64,000 bases of DNA, taken from the NCBI RefSeq assembly GCF_963921235.1, contig NC_086097.1:228472001-228536000 (forward strand), in the 5' to 3' direction. This document shows, piece after piece, positions 1-11,971 of this stretch. A program made the translations under genes and the position numbers. The number at the start of each line of letters is the position of its first letter. Positions within the stretch are counted from its first letter, which is position 1. Below the pieces are notes generated by a model, which was not told the DNA's origin, did no database searches, and saw only the letters and a program-made list of their open reading frames with translations. Source of the DNA: Mobula hypostoma. Its lineage: Eukaryota.

Positions 1-979
1 GGAATATTACCTGGTATTCAGTTCCCCTGAGATGGTGCAGATTTAATAAAAATAATAGAAACGTAAAACGAACAGGAAATATTAGCATCGGCACGGGGGA
101 TTTCCATGACATTAGAATTTCCCAAAGCTATTTATTATTTTGCAGTTTAGGTACCGTCTTTCTGTAGGCAAAACTGACAGTCAACTCAAACATAATAAGG
201 TTCATTATCATTTTTATTTATGTGTTCCAGCAGTTGTACGTTTTCTTCTTGAATCTGAGCATTCTGTTTGAAAATATTGTACCCGCTCTTCATGAGAACC
301 TATTATAAAGCCCTCTTATCCCGAAATGCCAACCATTCAGTTTTGGAATATTTTGAATATGTTTATGAATTTCATTTAACTAAAAGACAAAGGCAATATT
401 ATATGAAGTAGTTCTATTATCAAAATACTGCACTGCCCATAGACAATCAATCTGTACATAGTGCAGTCACAGTAATCTGTTTTCATAATTAGAAATAACA
501 CTTTTAACTCCTTATTTGAAATTATTGCTCAAATATGGTCACATAAATTACAGGAAGTTTCATTTATTTCACATGAGAGACAGCACCATGCAGCTTTCCC
601 AAGTCTCAAGATTCAGATTGCGTGCTCTTCAATGTCAAAGGGCTAGAATTATTTTTTATTTTTGACAGCAGTATTTTAAACTTTAATGGGAACTTTATTT
701 ATACTGCTCAAATTCTTTGCAAAAGAGAGAGTATTTGACATAGGTCTTTCTGCAGGTGGAAAGGCGGACAGACATAATGGTGATCGTTCCAGAGCGTGAG
801 GGCAACGCATCTGAAGAAATCCTAGGCTGTCTTTGGGTTATGGACGCCTGACCAATGGGCACCCCCCCCCACTCGAACAAGCGCCCATATTGTTACATTT
901 CAAAGTCTGACGTATTTTGTTCCGATGAACGACACTCTTAGTCATTGTAATTTCTTATAAGTTTTAAAAACAAGGGGAA

Positions 980-1116
980 GTGTGCAGATGCTGGAATCTA
1001 TGCAACATACACAAAGCGCTGGAGAAACTCAGCAGGCCAGGCTGTAGAAAAAAGCACAATCAACATTCCGGGTCGAGACCTGTCGGCAGGACCGAGGCCA
1101 CCAGCATTTTGTGTCT
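980..1116 (-). repeat. Short PLE-terminus-derived repeat with degenerate hammerhead motif
   Basis: Family motif GCTGGAGAAACTCAGCAGGCCAGGC; minus strand reads CGGTC-CTGCCGA-C-AGGTCTCGACCC-GGAA-TGTT-GATTG; homologous to PLE ends at 23100-23197 and 28645-28740. Confidence 0.7.
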
Positions 1117-1454
1117 TATCAGTTTTAAGTGCTTTTGATGCCATTCATTATAATACTGTGGAGGTTTGGTTACCATATGGAGAGATTTTTGTATATTCTC
1201 CAACCTGCAGACAAAATAGACGTAAAGATATCTGTAAAAATGGAACCTGTTCGTTACACAAGGAAATTCTGTGTCTTTAGGCACAAAACATGGGTTCATA
1301 TTGAAAATCTATTCACAGCAGAGCTGGGTGGAGGGCATGCTTTTGAATAATGTAACAGTTTCACCAGTGTTTAGCCTACAGATAGAGTTTATAATCTTAG
1401 TGCATAAGTAAGGTTTAAGGATGCTGTCTATAACCTCTCTGCCTTGTGGACATA

Positions 1455-2002
1455 CATTCAGAGGCTGCTTTATTAGGTACCTCCTTGGCCACTGAGTGTA
1501 TGTTCATGGTCTGCTGCTGAAGTCCATCCACTTCAAGTCCCAACCTGTTGTGCATTCAGAGATGCTCTTCTGCACACCACACGGTAACGCGTAGTTATTT
1601 GAGTTACTGACCCCTTCCTGTCAGCTTCAGACAGTCTGCTCATTCTCCTCCGACCTCTCCAATTAACAAGGCGTTTTCACCTGCAGCACTGCCGCTCACT
1701 GGAGTTTTTGTTTTAGCACCATTCTCTGTAAACTTTAAAGACTGCTGTGTGTGGAAATCCCAAGAGATCAGCAGTTTCTGAGATACTCAAACCACCCCCT
1801 CTGGCACCACATTTATTCAACAGTCAAAGTCTTTTATATCACATTTCTTTCCCATTCTGATGTTTGAGCTGAACCAGAACTGAAGCTTTTGATTATATCT
1901 GCATGCTTTTATGCACTATGTTGTTGCTAAATAAATGGATGATTAGATATTTGCATTAATGAACAGGTGTACAGATGTACCTAATAAAGTGGCCATTGAA
2001 TG
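1455..2002 (-). mobile_element. Non-autonomous Tc1/mariner derivative carrying only the transposase N-terminus
   Basis: Imperfect TIRs CATTCAGAGGCTGCTTTATTAGGTAC / GTACCTAATAAAGTGGCCATTGAATG flanked by TA (1453-54, 2003-04); homologous to copy at 18088-19872. Confidence 0.8.
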
Positions 2003-2676
2003 TATGTATCTTTTGCATTCCTGTATATTTTTCTCTTAGACCATTCTGTCTATAGTTTCTGGTATACTAATTTTATCTACAATTGTGTACTTATAGTTTT
2101 ATATGTATACGTATGCATATAAATAATGTGTCATTTTAAATCTCCATGAGTTTTTATGTTGTCACTAATAGATGGGGTTAGATCTATTTCCTTTCTGATC
2201 CTTTTATAAATGAGCTGATATCTTTTGTCTGTTGCTAACCTGCCACAATATTATCCTTTCATTGAGTACAGCAATCAAATCAGAACCCACGTCACGAGAA
2301 AATTTCAAGAGAACAAATAGCACAGCAGAAAAAAAAGAGCAGACAAATAATTCAAGAGCCAGACATTAAGAGATCAGGTATTGAATGTGAATAAGGCTGC
2401 TGAATGATTCCCCAGCATTCATGCATTTTAATACATAATGCTGACTTATTATCAGGCCATTTAGATATTATAATCAGAATCAGCTACTTTCAGTTTTTTA
2501 ATTACCTATATACCATAACAAAAAATTAAAATTAATGCACAGTGATTGCATTTAGGTTCCCAAATTTTAGGCTTTATGTTCTGTAATAAGTAGAACAGTT
2601 AAGACCAGTGCGGCATTTTTGCTACCTTGTTGTCTCTGTTATATTTTATTGATTTATTACTTGTATGCATTTAATT

Positions 2677-2755
2677 CAGGAGTTCCCAACCTGGGGTCTA
2701 CGAACCCTTCGGTTAATGGTAAGGGTGCATGGCATAAAAAGGGTTTGAAACCTTG
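2677..2755. mobile_element. hAT/Charlie-like MITE (~80 bp)
   Basis: Ends CAGGAGTTCCCAACC ... GGTTTGAAACCTTG resemble CAGGGGTTCCCAA-type hAT TIRs; no clean TSD. Confidence 0.55.
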
Positions 2756-2779
2756 GAGTGGATGAGCCAAATTATTTTA

Positions 2780-2968
2780 GTCTCCTGAGGAAGTAGAGGC
2801 AGTGGGGAGGCTTCTTGACCGTGGTACCAACTTGGTTGGACCAGGACGTTGGTGATGTTCACTCCTGGAAATTGGAACTCTCAATCCTCTTGACTTCCGC
2901 ACTGTTGCTGTAAACAGGAGCATATGCAATAGTCCCTTCTTGAAGTTACTAACATGCTTTTGTTTTGC
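2780..2968 (-). mobile_element. Old Rex1/Babar-like LINE fragment (target of the young CR1; resumes at 5972-6085)
   Basis: Degenerate RT C-terminal sequence (CTCCTGAGGAAGTAGAGG) continuous across the CR1 insertion. Confidence 0.6.
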
Positions 2969-5866
2969 GTAGAAGCAAAAAGTACAAAGGGGAAAAGTAA
3001 AAGTGGCAGGCCGACAAATCCAGGGCAAGCATTAAAAAGGGCTAAGAGAGTTGTAAAAGAGCGCCTGAAGGCTTTATGTGTCAATGCAAGGAGCATTCGT
3101 AATAAGGTGGATGAATTGAAAGTGCAGATTGTTATTAATGATTATGATATAGTTGGGATCACAGAGACATGGCTCCAGGGTGACCAGGGATGGGAGCTCA
3201 ACGTTCAGGGATATTCAATATTCAGGAGGGATAGACACGAAGGAAGGGGAGGTGGGGTGGCGTTGCTGGTTAAAAAAGAGATTAACACAATAGAAAGGAA
3301 GGACATAAGCCTGGAAGATGTGGAATCGATATGGGTAGAGCTGCATAACACTAAGGGGCAGAAGACGCTGGTGGGAGTTGTGTACAGGCCACCTAACAGT
3401 AGTAGTGAGGTCGGAGATGGTATTAAACAGGAAATTAGAAATGTGTGCAATAAAGGAACAGCAGTTATAATGGGTGACTTCAATCTACATGTAGACTGGG
3501 TGAACCAAATTGGTAAAGGTGCTGAGGAAGAGGATTTCTTGGAATGTATGCGGGATGGTTTTTTGAACCAACATGTCGAGGAACCGACTAGAGAGCAGGC
3601 TATTCTGGACTGGGTTTTAAGCAATGAGGAAGGGTTAATTAGCGATCTTGTCGTGAGAGGCCCCTTGGGTAAGAGTGACCATAATATGGTGGAATTCTTC
3701 ATTAACATGGAGAGTGACGTAGTTAATTCAGAAACAAAGGTTCTGAACTTAAAGAGGGGTAACTTTGAAGGTATGAGACATGAATTAGCTAAGATAGACT
3801 GGCAAATGACACTTCAAGGATTGACGGTGGATATGCAATGGCAGGCATTTAAAGGTTGCATGGATGAACTACAACAATTGTTCATCCCAGTTTGGCAAAA
3901 GAATAAATCAAGGAAGGTAGTGCACCCGTGGCTGACAAGAGAAATTAGGGATAGTATCAATTCCAAAGAAGTAGCATACAAATTAGCCAGAGAAAGTGGC
4001 TCACCTGAGGACTGGGAGAAATTCAGAGTTCAGCAGAGGAGGACAAAGGGCTTAATTAGGAAGGGGAAAAAAGATTATGAGAGAAAACTGGCAGAGAACA
4101 TAAAAACGGACTGTAAAAGCTTTTATAGATATGTAAAAAGGAAAAGACTGATAAAGACAAATGTAGGTCCCCTGCAAACAGAAACAGGTGAATTGATTAT
4201 GGGGAGCAAGGACATGGCAGACCAATTGAATAATTACTTTGGTTCTGTCTTCACTAAGGAGGACATAAATAATCTTCCAGAAATAGTAAGGGATAGAGGG
4301 TCCAGTGAGATGGAGGAACTGAGCGAAATACATGTTAGTAGGGAAGTGGTGTTAGGTAAATTGAAGGGATTGAAGGCAGATAAATCCCCAGGGCCAGATG
4401 GTCTGCATCCCAGAGTGCTTAAGGAAGTGGCCCAAGAAATAGTGGATGCATTAGTGATGATTTTTCAAAACTCGTTAGATTCTGGACTAGTTCCTGAGGA
4501 TTGGAGGGTGGCTAATGTAACCCCACTTTTTAAAAAAGGAGGGAGAGAGAAACCGGGGAATTATAGGCCGGTTAGCCTAACGTCGGTGGTGGGGAAACTG
4601 CTGGAGTCAGTTATCAAGGATGTGATAACAGCACATTTGGAAAGCGGTGAAATGATCGGACAAAGTCAGCATGGATTTGTGAAAGGAAAATCATGTCTGA
4701 CGAATCTCATAGAATTTTTTGAGGATGTAACTAGTAGAGTGGATAGGGGAGAACCAGTGGATGTGGTATATTTGGATTTTCAAAAGGCTTTTGACAAGGT
4801 CCCACATAGGAGATTAGTGTGCAAACTTAAAGCACACGGTATTGGGGGTAAGGTATTGGTGTGGGTGGAGAATTGGTTAGCAGACAGGAAGCAAAGAGTG
4901 GGAATAAACGGGACCTTTTCAGAATGGCAGGCGGTGACTAGTGGGGTACCGCAAGGCTCAGTGCTGGGACCCCAGTTGTTTACAATATATATTAATGATT
5001 TGGATGAGGGAATTAAATGCAGCATCTCCAAGTTTGCGGATGACACAAAGCTGGGTGGCAGTGTTAGCAGTGAGGAGGATGCTAAGAGGATGCAGGGTGA
5101 CTTGGATAGGTTGGGTGAGTGGGCAAACTCATGGCAGATGCAATTTAATGTGGATAAATGTGAAGTTATCCACTTTGGTGGCAAAAATAGGAAAACAGAT
5201 TATTATCTGAATGGTGGCCGATTAGGAAAAGGGGAGGTGCAACGAGACCTGGGTGTCATTATACACCAGTCATTGAAAGTGGGCATGCAGGTACAGCAGG
5301 CGGTGAAAAAGGCGAACGGTATGCTGGCATTTATAGCGAGAGGATTCGAGTACAGGAGCAGGGAGGTACTACTGCAGTTGTACAAGGCCTTGGTGAGACC
5401 ACACCTGGAGTATTGTGTGCAGTTTTGGTCCCCTAATCTGAGGAAAGACATCTTTGCCATAGAGGGAGTACAAAGAAGGTTCACCAGATTGATTCCTGGG
5501 ATGGCAGGTCTTTCATATGAAGAAAGACTGGATGAACTGGGCTTGTACTCGTTGGAATTTAGAAGATTGAGGGGGGATCTGATTGAAACGTATAAGATCC
5601 TAAAGGGATTGGACAGGCTAGATGCGGGAAGATTGTTCCCGATGTTGGGGAGGTCTAGAACGAGGGGTCACAGTTTGAGGATAGAGGGGAAGCCTTTTAG
5701 GACCGAGGTTAGGAAAAACTTCTTCACACAGAGAGTGGTGAATCTGTGGAATTCTCTGCCACAGCAAACTGTTGAGGCCAGTTCATTAGCTATGTTTAAA
5801 AGGGAGTTAGATATGGCCCTTGTGGCTACAGGGGTCAGGGGGTATGGAGGGAAGGCTGGGTTCTGA
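2954..5866 (+). CDS. CR1 LINE ORF2: AP endonuclease + reverse transcriptase, uninterrupted 970 aa
   Basis: APE motifs VNARS, GITETW, VYRPP, MGDFN, SDH; RT motifs KSPGPDG, NYRPVSL, YLDFQKAFDKV, GVPQGSVLGP, FADDTK; CR1-type C-terminus RPHLEYCVQFWSP...RTRGH; no stops. Confidence 0.95.
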   Translation: MLLFCVEAKSTKGKSKSGRPTNPGQALKRAKRVVKERLKALCVNARSIRNKVDELKVQIVINDYDIVGITETWLQGDQGWELNVQGYSIFRRDRHEGRGGGVALLVKKEINTIERKDISLEDVESIWVELHNTKGQKTLVGVVYRPPNSSSEVGDGIKQEIRNVCNKGTAVIMGDFNLHVDWVNQIGKGAEEEDFLECMRDGFLNQHVEEPTREQAILDWVLSNEEGLISDLVVRGPLGKSDHNMVEFFINMESDVVNSETKVLNLKRGNFEGMRHELAKIDWQMTLQGLTVDMQWQAFKGCMDELQQLFIPVWQKNKSRKVVHPWLTREIRDSINSKEVAYKLARESGSPEDWEKFRVQQRRTKGLIRKGKKDYERKLAENIKTDCKSFYRYVKRKRLIKTNVGPLQTETGELIMGSKDMADQLNNYFGSVFTKEDINNLPEIVRDRGSSEMEELSEIHVSREVVLGKLKGLKADKSPGPDGLHPRVLKEVAQEIVDALVMIFQNSLDSGLVPEDWRVANVTPLFKKGGREKPGNYRPVSLTSVVGKLLESVIKDVITAHLESGEMIGQSQHGFVKGKSCLTNLIEFFEDVTSRVDRGEPVDVVYLDFQKAFDKVPHRRLVCKLKAHGIGGKVLVWVENWLADRKQRVGINGTFSEWQAVTSGVPQGSVLGPQLFTIYINDLDEGIKCSISKFADDTKLGGSVSSEEDAKRMQGDLDRLGEWANSWQMQFNVDKCEVIHFGGKNRKTDYYLNGGRLGKGEVQRDLGVIIHQSLKVGMQVQQAVKKANGMLAFIARGFEYRSREVLLQLYKALVRPHLEYCVQFWSPNLRKDIFAIEGVQRRFTRLIPGMAGLSYEERLDELGLYSLEFRRLRGDLIETYKILKGLDRLDAGRLFPMLGRSRTRGHSLRIEGKPFRTEVRKNFFTQRVVNLWNSLPQQTVEASSLAMFKRELDMALVATGVRGYGGKAGF

Positions 5867-5971
5867 GTTGGATGATCAGCCATGATCATAATAAATGGCG
5901 GTGCAGGCTCGAAGGGCCAAATGGCCTACTCCTGCACCTATTTTCTATGTTTCTATGTTTCTATGTTTCTA
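2969..5971 (+). mobile_element. Young 5'-truncated CR1 LINE (no ORF1)
   Basis: (TTTCTATG)x4 tail; 8-bp TSD TGTTTTGC at 2961-2968 and 5972-5979. Confidence 0.95.
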
Positions 5972-6085
5972 TGTTTTGCTGACATTGAACTAAAGCTGTT
6001 GGCATGATACCATGTTGATAGGCTCTCCTTCTTGCACTCCTGACTCATCACTATTTGAGATACGCCCCATAATGGTGCTATAATC

Positions 6086-7127
6086 TGCATGCAACTTCAA
6101 CAGCATCCTCTTTTCAGACACCACCGTCAGAGAGTCCAGTTCCATCCCTACAACATCACTGGCCTTACAAATGAGTTTGTTGATTCTGCTGGTGTCTGAT
6201 ACCCTCAGCCTGCTGCCCCAGCACACAACAGCAAACATGATAGCACTGGCCACCACAGACTCATAGAACATCCTCAGCATCGTCCGGCAGATGTTAAAGG
6301 ACCTCAGTCTCCTCAGGAAATAGAGACGGCTCTGACCCTTCTTGCAGACAGCCTCAGTGTTCTTTGACCAGTCCAGTTTATTGTCAATTCGTATCCCCAG
6401 GTATTTGTAATCCTCCACCATGTCCACACTGACCTCCTGGATGGAAACAGGGGTCACCGGTACCTTAGCTCTCCTCATGTCTACCACCAGCTCCTTAGTC
6501 TTTTTCACATTAAGCTGCAGATAATTCTGCTCACATCATGTGACAAAGTTTCCTACCGTAGCCCTGTACTCAACCTCATCTCCCTTGCTGATGCATCCAA
6601 CTATGGCAGAGTCATCCAAAAACTTCTGAAGATGACAAGACTCTGTGCAGTAGTTGAAGTCCAAGGTGTAAATGGTGAAGAGAAAGGGAGACAAGACAGT
6701 CCCCTGTGGAGCCCCAGTGCTGCTGATCACTCTGTCAGACACACAGTATTGCAAGCACACGTACTGTGGTCTGCCAGTCAGGTAATCAAGAGTCCATGAC
6801 ACCAGGGAAGCATCCACCTGCATCGCTGTCAGCTTCTCCCCCAGCAGAGCAGGGCGGATGGTGTTGAACGCACTGGAGAAGTCAAAAAACATGACCCTCA
6901 CAGTGCTCGCTGGCTTGTCCAGGTGGGCGTAGACACAGTTCAGCAGGTAGACGATGGCATCCTCAACTCCTAGTCGGGGCTTGTAGGCAAACTGGAATGG
7001 ATCTAAGTGTGGCCTGACCATAGGCCGGAGCAGCTCCAGAACAAGTCTCTCCAGGGTCTTCATGATGTGGGGAGGTCAATGCCACCGGTCTGTAGTCATT
7101 GAGGCCGCTGGGGCACAGTGTCTTCGA
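6086..7127 (-). mobile_element. Rex1/Babar-like LINE RT fragment
   Basis: ORFs 6536-7063 (FFDFSSAFNTI, GAPQGTVLSP, FLDDS) and 5990-6508 (YKYLG, SRLYFLRRLRSF); same family as 29601-30235 and 47726-48647. Confidence 0.9.
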
Positions 7128-7676
7128 CAAGCAATAAGACATTTGGTAAAGGAACTTGATTAAATTAGAGACTTAAAGTATGTGCAGAAATTATTTGGCA
7201 TGCATTTAGTGGTTCATTCACAGAAAGCCAAAAATTGTCTTTTTGAACAACCCCCTTCAGTCACACGTCGAGCTAGAGGTTCCATCTGCTGGTCCACTGA
7301 TGCTGGCCTCTATTTTTCCAATTTCAGAGGTGAGAAGAGAGGGTTGGGTGGCAGGTCAAGGATCAAAGGCAGAATATGCACTGAACTATGATTGGGAAGG
7401 TGGACAAGAGTCAGGAAAGTGGTGAGGGATGCTTCAGACTGTGGATGTTGTAGTGGCATAGGACGTGTTGGGATCGAAAGGAGAACAGAGTAGATGTCTA
7501 CCTTGATTTGAAACCAAGTGCTAGGATGCAATCTAAACAGAGCTTCCTACAGAAGCAGACGTCAAAAGGGCCCTGGTGGTTTGCTTCAGCATGAGTGGCA
7601 AAGGGACAACACAAGTAAAATGTCTCCTCGTACGAAAAGAAGATGTTGCAGGTAACTTGTATATCATCTGGAATAT

Positions 7677-8274
7677 AAGTAACCATATAACCATATAACA
7701 ATTACAGCACGGAAACAGGCCATCTCGGCCCTTCTAGTCCGTGCCGAATGCTTACTCTTACCTAGTCCCATCTACCTGCACTCAGCCCATAACCTTCCAT
7801 TCCTTTCCTGTCCATATACCTATCCAATTTTTTTTTAAATGACAAAATCGAACCTGCCTCTACCACTTCTACTGGAAGCTCGTTCCACACAGCTACCACT
7901 GTCTGAGTAAAGAAGTTCCCCCTCGTGTTACCCCTAAACTTTTGCCCCTTAACTCTCAACTCATGTCCTCTTGTTTGAATCTCCCCCACTCTCAATGGAA
8001 AAAGCCTATCCACGTCAACTCTATCTATCCCCCTCATAATTTTAAATACCTCTTTCAAATCCCTCCTTAACCTTCTATGCGCCAAAGAATAAAGACCTAA
8101 TTTGTTCAACCTTTCTCTGTAACTCAGGTGCTGAACCCCAGGTAACATTCTAGTAAATCTCCTCTGTACTCTCTCTATTTTGTTGACATCTTTCCTATAA
8201 TTCGGTGACCAGAACTGTACACAATACTCCAAATTTGGCCTCACCAATGCCTTGTACAATTTTAACATTACATC
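7677..8274 (-). mobile_element. CR1 3' fragment
   Basis: ORF 7762-8268 (RPNLEYCVQFWSP); (ATATGGTT)n tail. Confidence 0.9.
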
Positions 8275-8544
8275 AGTTGGTTAATTTAAATCATTGGAAA
8301 ACTTCAATTTGAGGACAATATTTACAAGTGAAAAACTCTGGAGTGAGGTCGAGGTGTAAAGTACATGCCTTTTGATACCTCTGAGCAATCTAAGGTCCCT
8401 CCAACCCCACCCCCACATGACAAGATTTTAATATTCAAAATAAGTTTGCACCATGTTCTACTTGCAACAGAATATGGTGCAAACTTATTCTGAATTATTT
8501 AGATTGTTATTAGCTTGATCAAATAGGCAGAACATATGAGAGTA

Positions 8545-8640
8545 ATACACAAAATGCTTGAGGAACTCAGCAGGTCAGGCAGCATCCATGGAAATGAACA
8601 AGCAAATAATATTTCAGGATGAGACTCTCTTTCAGGACTC
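8545..8640 (-). repeat. Short PLE-terminus-derived repeat with degenerate hammerhead motif
   Basis: ACACAAAATGCTTGAGGAACTCAGCAGGTCAGGCAGCATC...TTTCAGGATGAGACTCTCTTTCAGGACT. Confidence 0.7.
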
Positions 8641-9279
8641 CCCAGGGACACCTTTATAAGGGGTAGAGTTAGAATTAGAATATAGAGGTAGATTCATATC
8701 TGTCATCATACTGTTGCTGAACTTTTGTTCCTGTTCTCTGTCTCCCACTTTCCCAGTCAAAAGAAAATATTTTGTTAGTTGAACTTGTGACTCATCCAGC
8801 TGTCTGATACTTCAATTCTGAAAGCGCTGTTCTAAAGAACTTATGGCCATAACTCTCCACCCTCCATTTCTGTTTACTTTTCAATGCTATGCTTAGAAAA
8901 TCAGCAGTAAAAGTTTTGACTGTATGTTTACATTTTCATGATTCTGACCCCACCCTCGGCAGCTGTAGTAACAACAATTTTCCAATGAAGTCACTGCATT
9001 TCAAATGGAAGCCAAAGTAATTCAGCGATCTCAAAGTAGTAAATGTTCACTCACGTCAAGGTGAAGCATTTTTGTGGGTGCTTTGAATTAATCAACAAAC
9101 CTATCCATTTCTGTGTTTGTACCTTTGCAAGGTCAATAGGCAGAGACGATTCAGATTTATATAACGCTTTAATCAGCAGCTTGTAAATCAATAAAAATAT
9201 TACTGTAGTTGAGACATTAATGAAATACAGACTGTTTGAAGGTATGTTGACTTGGATTGAATTGAATTGACTTTACTAT

Positions 9280-11971
9280 GACCTGGGGCGTGGCCCTGTT
9301 GATCAGAGATAGTGTCACGGCTGCAGAGAAGGAGGAAGACATGGAGGGATTGTCTACGGAGTCTCTCTGGGTGGAAGTTACGAATAGGAAGGGGTCAATA
9401 ACTCTACTGGGTGTTTTTTATAGAACACCCAATAGTAACAGGGGCATCGAGGAGCAGATAGGGAGACAGATTCTGGAAAGGTGTAATAATAACAGGGTTT
9501 TTGTGGTGGGAGATTTTAATTTCCCAAATATCGATTGGCATGTCCCAAGAGCAAGGGGTTTAGATGGGGTGGAGTTTGTTAGGTGTGTTCAGGAAGGATT
9601 CCTGACACAATATGTAGATAACCCTACAAGAGGAGAGGCTGTACTTGATCTGGTATTGGGAAATGAACCTGGTCAGGTGTCAGATCTCTCAGTGGGAGAG
9701 CATTTTGGAGAAAGTGATCACAATTCCATCTCTTTCACCATAGCATTGGAAAGAGATAGGAACAGACAAGTGAGGAAAGCGTTTAATTGAAGTAAGGGGA
9801 AATATGAGGCTATCAGGCAGGAACTCGGAAACATAAATTGGGAACAGATGTTCTCAGGGAAATGTACGGAAGAAATGTGGCAAACGCTCAGAGGATATTT
9901 GTGTGGGGTTCTGCGTAGGTACGTTCCAATGAGACAAGGAAAGGATGGTAGGGTACAGGAAGCATGGTGTACAAAGGCTGTTGTAAATCTAGTCAAGAAG
10001 AAAATAAGAGCTTACAAAAGGTTCAAAAAACTAGGTAATGATAGATATCCAGAAGATTATAAGGCTAGCAGGAAGGAGCTTAAGAAAGAAATTAGGAGAG
10101 TCAGAAGGAGCCATGAGAAGACCTTGGTGGACAGGATTAAGGAAATCCCCAAGGCATTCTACAAGTATGTGAAGAGCATGAGGATAAGACTTAAGGGAAT
10201 AGGACCATTTAAGTCTGACAGTGGAAAAGTGTGTATGGAACTGGAGGAGACAGCAGAGGTATTTACTGAAAACTTTACTTCAGTATTCACTACGGAAAAG
10301 GATCTTGGTGATTGTAGGGATGACTTGCAGTGGACTGAAAAGCTTGAGCATGTAGATATTAAGAAAGAGGATGTACTGGAGCTGTTGGAAAGCATCAAGT
10401 GGGATAAGTCACCGGGACCGGATGAGATGTACCCCAGGGTACTGTAGGAGGCGAGGGAGGAGATTGCTGAGCCTCTGGCGATGATCTTTGCATCATCAAT
10501 GGAGACGGGAGAGGTTTCAGAGGATTGGAAGGTTGCAGATGTTGTTCCATTATTTAAGAAAGGGAGTAGAGATAGCCCGGGAAATTATAGACCAGTGAGT
10601 CTTACTTCAGTGGTTGGTAAGTTGATGGAGAAGATCCTGAGAGGCAGGATTTATGAACATTTGGAGAGGAATAATATGATTTGGAATAGTCAGCATGGCT
10701 TTGTCAAAGGCCAGCTGTGCCTTACCAGCCTGATTGAATTTTTTGAGGATGTGACTGAACACATTGCTGAAGGTAGAGCAGTAGATGTAGTGTATATGGA
10801 TTTCAGCAAGGCATTTGACAAGGTACCCCATGCAAGGCTTATTGAGAAAGTAAGGAGGCATGGGATTCAAGGGGACATTGCTTTGTGGATCCAGAACTGG
10901 CTTGCCCACAGAAGGCAAAGAGTGGTTGTGGATGGGTCATATTCTGCATGGAGGTCGGTGACCAGTGGTTTGCCTCAGGGATCTGTTCCGGGACCCCTAC
11001 TCTTAGTGATTTTTATAAATGACCTGGATGAAGAAGTGGAGGGATGGGTTAGTAAATTTGTTGATGACACAAAGGTTGGAGTTGTTGTGGATAGTGTGGA
11101 GGGCTGTCAGGGTTTACAGCGGGATATTGATAGAATGTAAAAGCGGGCTGAGAAGTGGCAGATGGAGTGCAACCCAGATAAGTGTGAAGTGGTTCATTTT
11201 GGTAGACCAAATATGATTGCAGAATATAGTATTAATGGTAAGACTCCTGGCAGTGTGGAGGATCAGAGGGATCTTGGGGTCCATGTCCATAAGACGTTCA
11301 AAGCAGCTGCGCAGGTTGACTCTGTGGTTAAGAAGGCCTACAGTGTATTGGCCTTCATCAATTGTGGAATTGAATTTAGGAGCCGAGGGGTAATGTTGCA
11401 GCTATATAGGACCCTGGTCAGACCCACTTGGAGTGCTGTGCTCAGTTCTGGTTGCCTCACTACAGGAAGGATGTGGAAGCCATAGAAAGGGTGCAGAGGA
11501 GATTTACAAGGATGTTGCCTGGATTGGGGAGCATGCCTTATGAGAATAGGTTGAGTGAACTTGGCCTTTTTTCCTTAGAGTGACGGAGGATGAGAGGTGA
11601 ACTGATCAAGGTGTGTAAGATGATGAGAGGCATTGATCCTATGGACAGTCAGGGCCTTTTTCCCAGGTCTGAAATGGCTAGCACGAACGGGCACAGTTTT
11701 AAGGTGCTTGGAAGTAGATACAGAGGAGATGTCAGGGGTAGGGTTTTTATGCAGAGAGTGGTGAGTGTGTGGAATGGGCTGCCGGTGACAGTGGTGGAGG
11801 TGGATACAATAGGGCCTTTTAAGAGATTCCTGGACAGGTACATGAAGCTCAGAAAAATAGAGGAATATGAGTAACCCTAGGTAATTTCTAAGGTAAGGAC
11901 ATGTTCAGCACAGCTTTGTGGGCCAAAGGGCTTGTATTGTGCTGTATGTTTTCTATGTTTCTATGTTTCTA
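9280..11971 (+). mobile_element. CR1 LINE, near-complete but disrupted ORF2
   Basis: Consecutive ORFs 9278-9790, 9848-10447, 10481-11140, 11162-11485 and 11590-11874 cover EN+RT with stops/frameshifts; (TTTCTATG)n tail; inserted into the tail of the adjacent Rex1-like element. Confidence 0.92.

Noticed and set aside
311..353. CTTATCCCGAAATGC...TTTTGGAATATTT as a second Tigger4-like end
   Set aside because: Only two short patches match and there is no terminal CAG/TA
755..850. Possible terminal exon after tctttctgcag (VERRTDIMVIVPE...)
   Set aside because: No recognisable protein; short; could be chance
3205..5889. Antisense and alternate-frame ORFs over CR1 copies (e.g. 3205-3708, 4780-5184, 39683-40312)
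   Set aside because: Shadows of the LINE ORF2; they recur in each copy and have no independent motifs
7278..7294. Second CTCF-like word (minus strand CCAGCAGATGGAAC)
   Set aside because: Mismatch at the conserved C of GGC; too weak alone
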